IMG/VR virus record: IMGVR_UViG_3300009094_001034
Coordinates: 33,174-97,173 of that record
Length of the DNA: 64,000 nt
Direction: 5' to 3' (one strand)
From: a virus
Positions 58,711 to 64,000 of this stretch are shown piece by piece; the stretch's first letter is position 1, and every line of letters begins with the position of its first letter. The position numbers and the translations under genes were made by a program. Below the pieces are notes generated by a model. That model was not told the origin of the DNA and made no database searches. It was given only the letters and a program-made list of their open reading frames with translations.

Positions 58711-59033
58711 CGCGCGGCTCCCAAGGTCTGTTTAAGCTCGTGGATGCGCTGCTCGGTGGCGGCGAGGCGGGCGACCCGCGCGGCATACGCGGTCTGGCGG
58801 CGCTCCTCGACCGCGCGAGCGGCCTCGTGCTTCCGCGCGGATTCCATCTGGATGCGCCGATCGACCTCGTAGCGGACGGCGTACAGCGCCGTCTCGCGGC
58901 GCAGCCGCCTGGCATCGGACCACTCCACGATGGCGTCCGTGATGCGGAGAAGGAGGCCGGCGAGGAGGAAGGCGGCGGGAACACCGAAGAGGAGGAGTGC
59001 GCAGCCAAACGAATGGTCAGGCCACAGCGTCAT
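58707..59033 (-). CDS. Membrane-anchored coiled-coil protein
   Basis: N-terminal TM (ALLLFGVPAAFLLAGLLL) followed by a charged helix. Confidence 0.55.
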   Translation of the reverse strand: MTLWPDHSFGCALLLFGVPAAFLLAGLLLRITDAIVEWSDARRLRRETALYAVRYEVDRRIQMESARKHEAARAVEERRQTAYAARVARLAATEQRIHELKQTLGAAR

Positions 59034-59075
59034 GCGTCGCCCCCAGTGGCCAACACGCCGTAGATCGAAGGAGCA

Positions 59076-59341
59076 CCGGACAAGCACGTCGGCGTCGAGC
59101 GGCTGCGAGACTTCGACAACGCGACCCGAGGCACCAGCCGAGGGCTGCGGTCGGCGGCTTCATGCCGACTCGCGTTGTCGAAGTCTCGAACGGGAGCAGA
59201 CAGCTTCACCGTCTGCGGACGAGCGAGACGCCGACCAAACATCCAGACAAACACGAGGGGCAAAGCCGTTTCTTGAAGAAACTGGGCGGTGGTGACGTCG
59301 TGCGCGACGTGACGAACTCCCCTTCCGATGTGGAAGGGGAG
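59076..59341. repeat. Nested inverted repeats forming a structured non-coding element
   Basis: 19-bp perfect inverted repeat 59106-59124/59170-59188, 9-bp inverted repeat 59088-59096/59227-59235, and several further hairpins. Confidence 0.75.
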
Positions 59342-59377
59342 CGACCGACGAAGGCGGGACGGAAGGGCACGCATGGG

Positions 59378-59545
59378 CTAGCCCTCCACAGCTGCAGCGG
59401 GTTTCGGGGTCGACTTCGCAGCGAGGTTCTTCGCATAGTTCCAGACGTTCAGCGCGAGCGTGTCCGCAGTGTCGTCGTCCGGCAATGTGAGCTTCCGGTC
59501 GATGGTGGTGTTCGGAGCGTTGATCGTGATGGTGATGGTGGGCAT
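59378..59545 (-). CDS. Small hypothetical protein (55 aa)
   Basis: AAGGAG RBS before ATG 59545. Confidence 0.5.
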   Translation of the reverse strand: MPTITITINAPNTTIDRKLTLPDDDTADTLALNVWNYAKNLAAKSTPKPAAAVEG

Positions 59546-59730
59546 GCAATTCTCCTTGTCCGCTGGTGACCAGCCGCGACATCGAAGAGCCTCGCACCCA
59601 CCCTTCCCTTGAACGGGAACGCATCGAAACGTTGTAGCGGCCCGAATGCACGGGTAGCGTGACGGCGTCGGCGTCCTGCCGATGCCCCTTCCCACCGCGG
59701 CACACATCCACCTGACAACCGGAGGTAGAC

Positions 59731-60435
59731 ATGGAGGCGGTTCAACTCTGTCTCGTGGCGGAGCCACGTTCACATCTCACGGCGGTCGCGCCGCTCCTCG
59801 ATGAAGTTCCATCCCATCGCATGCGGTCGCATGGGCCTGCCGCACTCTCCGATGCGGAAGTCATCTCGATCATCACGGGCGGGTCCATGGAGGAGGCTCG
59901 TGGCCTCGTGTGCGGAGGACTTCGGGCGCTGTCCCAGAGCGACGCACGATTCGCCAAAACGGAGGGTGCACTGCGCGTTGCGGCAGCACTCGAACTCGGA
60001 CGCAGGATCGCGGCAGCACCTTGGGCGGAACCAGCTACTGTCCGTAGGGCGGACGACATCGCGCGAGGTCTCATCGCACGCTATGGGCACCAGTTTCAGG
60101 AGCACTTCGTCTGTGTGTTTCTAAACTCCCGGAACCAGGTCCTACACGAGCGCGTGGTCTACAAGGGAACGATGACGAGCGCGCTCGTTGCGACGAGAGA
60201 GCCGATCGCACTCGCACTCCAGCTGAACGCGGTGGGAATCATCGCATGTCACAACCACGCGAGCGGCGATCCGTCGCCGAGTGACGAAGACGTGCGCTTC
60301 ACGCGCAACCTGTACGACGCGTGCCAGCTCATGGGTATCGAGTTGCTGGATCACGTCATCGTCTCCCCAGCGCGCTACGCGTCGATGAAGGAGCGAGGGC
60401 ACTTCCCGGAAACGGTGTCGCGGAGGTTCGCATGA
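59731..60435 (+). CDS. radC: RadC-family JAB/MPN domain protein
   Basis: GPAALSDAE, AALELGRR, QEHFVCVFLN, HNHASGDPSPSDED and LLDHVIV. Confidence 0.92.
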   Translation: MEAVQLCLVAEPRSHLTAVAPLLDEVPSHRMRSHGPAALSDAEVISIITGGSMEEARGLVCGGLRALSQSDARFAKTEGALRVAAALELGRRIAAAPWAEPATVRRADDIARGLIARYGHQFQEHFVCVFLNSRNQVLHERVVYKGTMTSALVATREPIALALQLNAVGIIACHNHASGDPSPSDEDVRFTRNLYDACQLMGIELLDHVIVSPARYASMKERGHFPETVSRRFA

Positions 60436-60668
60436 ACTATCCATTCACGGCAGAGCCAGCGTCCAGTTTCGGGTTCGGCACGAACGTCATCTACGTGTGC
60501 GACGCGTCTTGTGCCGACGAAATCCAGGCCGGCATCATCGACGAGATGACCACCGCCCAGGCGGAGTCCACGTCGCACGCACAGTGCGCAGCGTGCGGTC
60601 GCATCCTCATCATCGAGGGGGAGCTGACGTACGCGCACTACAAGAGCGGAGATGAGCAGGAAGGTTGA
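60432..60668 (+). CDS. Small zinc-ribbon protein
   Basis: CDASC...CAACG; ATGA overlap with radC. Confidence 0.45.
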   Translation: MNYPFTAEPASSFGFGTNVIYVCDASCADEIQAGIIDEMTTAQAESTSHAQCAACGRILIIEGELTYAHYKSGDEQEG

Positions 60669-60740
60669 AAATCAAGGAGGCCGGGCGATTGCCTGCGCCT
60701 CCTTCGCGTGATGGGTGGGCTGTGGATGGAACGGAGAGGG

Positions 60741-61836
60741 TTATGCGGCCCTCCCTCTCTGCTGTTCGAGGTGCCACTTGAAGGCCGCGTAGACGGCGGG
60801 GAATGGGTCGCGGCTGTTGAAGTGGAACCACTCGTCGTTGTACGAGCCGTCATCTCCCCACCAGTACAGCTCAATGCGGCGCACGCCGTCGTTGTTGTTC
60901 ACCATGATGTCCACGTCATACGACGCTATCAGCTCGTGAAGCATCTCCTGGAGCGAGAATGCGCGAACGAACCCTGGACGGATCAGCTCTTCGGGGACAG
61001 TGCCATTTTGCCTTGCTGTCCAGCTGCGCCTTCTTCCAGTTCGCGATCATCTCGATGGGGGTATGCGCCCCATCCAGGTGCGCGTCGAGAAGCACGACCA
61101 CGCCGGGCTCTGCAGATTGGTCTTCATCGCGGTAGAAGCGGTCGCCAATCCGAATGACCGTGGTCGCTCCGAGATCGCGCAGCGTTACGGATTCCTGATA
61201 GCTCGTGCACTGCTGGAAGTCAGGCATCGGTCTTCGGGGTGAGGTTCTGGATCATGGCCAGCAGGGATTCGATGCTCTCCTGCTGGATGCGAACGACGTA
61301 GGATCTCGACGGTTCTGTGATTGAGGGCGGAGGGGGTAAACACGAGCACAGGCCACAGTGAATATCCGAGACTTTGTTTTCTGGGTGCTTCCGTACCCAG
61401 ACGTGCTTGCAGTCAGTCGGCATCCTTCCCGGCGTTAATTTCGTTGAGGTGAGAGCGAAGCGAGACAGGGAAGAACTCGATGTCCTTGTCCCACGCCAGT
61501 CCGCAATCGTCTGCACGCGCCGTGAAGCAGGCAAGGCACAGAACGTCGTTTTTGTCGCTCATGACTGTTAGCCATGTCTTCGCAGGCACGGTGAAACCGA
61601 CCGCACTTACGCGTCCGCACGCCTTGCAGATCTCACGTGTCGGCATCCTTCGAATCGGTAAGTGATGAAGGCTTTGTGAACGCCGCAGTGAACTCGTGCA
61701 GGAACCAAATCCCAACGGCAGCCTCTACGAAGAAATCAAGCCATCCTCTCGCTATGGGATAGGAGAACTCGAAGCGGACAATGAGGAGGAGTGCGAGAAT
61801 CGCGACTGCCAAGCTTTTAGGTCTGTAGAGCTTCAC
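60741..61836 (-). other. Cluster of small ORFs (60741-60944, 60916-61227, 61220-61423, 61413-61646, 61633-61836)
   Basis: Coupled ORFs downstream of the promoter at 61864-61892. Confidence 0.5.
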
Positions 61837-61986
61837 TGCATCGAATGGGTTATCGGCAGGTTCACCCTACCCGCGCCGACACCACGTTGCAATCGAACTG
61901 GCAAGGTCACTTGTCGGCATTTGGTGCGCCTCCTACGGTGAGCCGGCATCGCGCTGACGCGCGAGCTCATTGATAGGAGGGAAGCT

Positions 61987-62751
61987 ATGACCGTCATGGT
62001 CCCCGAAGTATTGCCTGCGACCGCGCCGATCCCCGGCCTGATCGCCATGAGTGACGCGCGCTACATCGGCCGTCAGGATCTTCGCGATCTCACGACGCCG
62101 GAAGGAACACGCACCCACAAACCCATCCCGCATCACGAGGTCGTGGAAGCGCTCATCGAGACACTGGGCTTCCGGCATCTGGAAGTGCTGCAAGACAGCT
62201 ATGCCGTCACGAAGGACGGCAACCGCATGTTCGGCATCGTCATGTTGAATGCGGCCGAGTTGGGCGTCCGATTCTGCCTCGGCGTGCGCAACAGCCACGA
62301 CAAGGCGTTCGCGCTCAGCGTCGTCGCAGGCTATCGGGTGATGGTCTGCTCAAACTTGTGCTTCGGCGGCGATTTCCGTGTGGTCAGTCGCAAGCACAGC
62401 GCGAACGTGAATCTGCTCGACACGCTCTCCATCGCGGTCGATCAGGTCCACCGCGGCTTCGAGCCGCTGAAGCGGCGCATCAGCGCGTGGCAGGGGTTCG
62501 ACCTCGCCGACGACAGGGCGCGCCTGATCATCTACAGCGCCTTCATCGAACGCGCGGGCATCGAGTTGCCGCGCCACCTCGGCCCGAAGGTGCACGCAGC
62601 GTACTTCGAGCCGCCGCACGAGGAGTTCCGACCGCGCACGATGTACTCGCTCGAGAACGCATTCAGCGGGGCGATCGCCGAGCTCGATCCCGTTCCGCAC
62701 TTCGAAGCGGCAACAAAGATCGTCCCGTTCCTGTCGCAGTTTCAGCACTGA
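61987..62751 (+). CDS. DUF932-family protein
   Basis: THKPIPHHEVV, LGVRNSHDK, GYRVMVCSNLCF and RKHS; AGGAGG RBS. Confidence 0.8.
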   Translation: MTVMVPEVLPATAPIPGLIAMSDARYIGRQDLRDLTTPEGTRTHKPIPHHEVVEALIETLGFRHLEVLQDSYAVTKDGNRMFGIVMLNAAELGVRFCLGVRNSHDKAFALSVVAGYRVMVCSNLCFGGDFRVVSRKHSANVNLLDTLSIAVDQVHRGFEPLKRRISAWQGFDLADDRARLIIYSAFIERAGIELPRHLGPKVHAAYFEPPHEEFRPRTMYSLENAFSGAIAELDPVPHFEAATKIVPFLSQFQH

Positions 62752-62891
62752 CGCAACACAAGGCGCCGCCCCGTTCAGGTGCGGCTGCTTTGCTATTCGC
62801 GACCTTGCGCTTGGTGTTCCGCAAGCGTACCCATTGAAGCACCAGCCCGCCCCTTCCCAATCCACCCCACAACCCCCAAAGAGGAGGCTCC

Positions 62892-63257
62892 ATGGACGAC
62901 ATGGGACTCAAGTTGAAGTGTCTGCGTGAGCTGCGCGACATGACGCAGAAAGACCTCGCCCGCGCCAGTTCGGTCGGTGAGAAGACCCTGAGCAGCTTCG
63001 AGACAGGCATGCGCATCAAGAGTCTGAAACTCTCCCAACTCGAAGCGATCCTGGCCGCGCTCGGAACCACGCTCGTGGAGTTCCTGCTGTGGAGTCCCGA
63101 GACCACCTCGGCCCCTATGCCGGCGCAGCCCATCGAAGTGACGCTGCCGCCCGTGGTGCAGCTCACGGCGCGACGTGCGGTCGTCGATCCCCTCGCGGGC
63201 GTTCGCCGAGAAAGCGATCATCCGACACCCCAATCGCCGCTTTCCTATGCAGTGTGA
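62892..63257 (+). CDS. XRE-family HTH regulator
   Basis: LKCLRELRDMTQKDLARASSVGEKTLSSFETG. Confidence 0.85.
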   Translation: MDDMGLKLKCLRELRDMTQKDLARASSVGEKTLSSFETGMRIKSLKLSQLEAILAALGTTLVEFLLWSPETTSAPMPAQPIEVTLPPVVQLTARRAVVDPLAGVRRESDHPTPQSPLSYAV

Positions 63258-63326
63258 TGTTCGCGGGACGGACCTGGTACCGAGGCTGGCGATGCGCTGG
63301 CCTCGTTCGTTTGCGATGATGAAGGG

Positions 63327-63545
63327 ATGCGGGACCGGACCAAGGACACTGAACACAAACTGCGCATGGCGCTCCTCGAATGCGTGCACGCGCTTGCCGA
63401 TGTGCGGACCATCATCGCTTCTCCGACCATCGATCAGCCCGAACGGGACTTCTACGAGCAGATGCTGGACCGCGCCCAGCGCGCGATTCATGCGATCCAG
63501 GAACGGGCGGACCAACGCCCGCCGAGGAGGGCGGACGGGCACTAG
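63327..63545 (+). CDS. Hypothetical protein
   Basis: Short helical ORF. Confidence 0.35.
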   Translation: MRDRTKDTEHKLRMALLECVHALADVRTIIASPTIDQPERDFYEQMLDRAQRAIHAIQERADQRPPRRADGH

Positions 63546-64000
63546 GCAGCAAGCTGCCAGCCGTACAGGAGGTCGGAGATGAGGGGCCACGCCTCGCGAA
63601 ACTTTTCGGTGGAGGCTCCACGCTGACTGACCTTGCCCTCCATGAAGGTGAGGGCGTGCTTGCCTTCGATCTCAGAGAACGGCAAGACGTAGAACGTATT
63701 GGTCGGCTCGATCCATGCGATGTAGAAGTCGAAGTCGCCGGGTTGGTAGAAGTCCTGGTGAAAGCCCCGGTCCCTGTCGCGCCATGTCCGCTTGCACTGC
63801 GACCGCCACGTTCCGCGCTGCTTGTTGAACCATGCGGACTTCACCTGAATGAGGATGGGCTTTCCGTCCGTCTCAATGTCGATGTCGTGGGGTGAGTGGT
63901 ACGTTCCGGTGAGCTTCGCGGCGTAGCCGAGGGCGGTCAGCTTCGCGAGGACGGCCAGCTCAGCGGCGTCGCCCTTCGAGCGGGTTGTGGCTTGGGGCAC
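63542..64000 (-). CDS. PD-(D/E)XK endonuclease (group I intron-associated type), start at or beyond the window edge
   Basis: KGDAAELAV...HDIDI...IQVKSA...DFYIAW..FYVLP. Confidence 0.75.
   Translation of the reverse strand: MPQATTRSKGDAAELAVLAKLTALGYAAKLTGTYHSPHDIDIETDGKPILIQVKSAWFNKQRGTWRSQCKRTWRDRDRGFHQDFYQPGDFDFYIAWIEPTNTFYVLPFSEIEGKHALTFMEGKVSQRGASTEKFREAWPLISDLLYGWQLAA

Larger units (their letters stand above)
1..64000. mobile_element. Siphovirus-like (pro)phage region with accessory cassettes and an ICE-like mobilisation module; both ends lie outside the window
   Basis: Contiguous head-neck-tail operon, TerS- and ParB-like genes, dozens of short co-oriented phage-type ORFs, and no host housekeeping genes recognised. 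Confidence 0.9.

Noticed and set aside
58328-59008. 834-aa version of the coupling protein in the ORF track
   Set aside because: The N-terminal extension is low-complexity Arg/Pro sequence overlapping two better ORFs; a GGAGG RBS and GTGA overlap support a start near 58327.
1-64000. Integrase, att sites, lysis genes, tRNAs, CRISPR arrays and reverse transcriptase/DGR
   Set aside because: None was recognised by eye; they may lie outside the window.
1-64000. Host assignment (some regulators recall Acidobacteriota proteins; SD-less leaders recall other lineages)
   Set aside because: This is an impression only and needs database searches or CRISPR spacer matches.

Overview
High-GC window (about 65% by eye) that looks like most of a large temperate siphovirus or prophage with ICE-like parts. 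From 1 to about 20.6 kb (minus strand) is a virion morphogenesis operon: TerL, portal, MuF-like protein, ClpP-type protease, scaffold, P22-like coat, head-tail connectors, major tail protein, tail chaperone with a CCCAAAA -1 frameshift site, tape measure, evolved Dit and a Tal/hub-like protein cut by the window edge. A plus-strand six-gene operon at 21183-28248 sits between TerL and the distant putative TerS (39807-40391). It encodes two paralogous MORC-type GHKL ATPases, a DruA/DUF4338-like protein without other Druantia genes, an ADP-ribosyltransferase-like protein, a small PD-(D/E)XK nuclease and a class III nucleotide-cyclase-like protein. This is the best candidate for an undescribed prophage defence or DNA-modification system. 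Further right are XRE and S24-like regulators, many small phage ORFs, an HNH-like/Zn-finger/HEPN-like cassette, ParB, a phage exonuclease, an MTase-SNF2 helicase fusion and an HNH endonuclease. After these come a replication-relaxation plus VirD4-like coupling-protein module next to a highly structured non-coding region, then RadC, DUF932 and a PD-(D/E)XK nuclease. Core phage genes have C-rich leaders without Shine-Dalgarno sequences, and two conserved genes appear to start at ACG and ATC. No integrase, lysis cassette, tRNA or CRISPR array was seen. All family calls come from motif recognition by eye, not from database searches.
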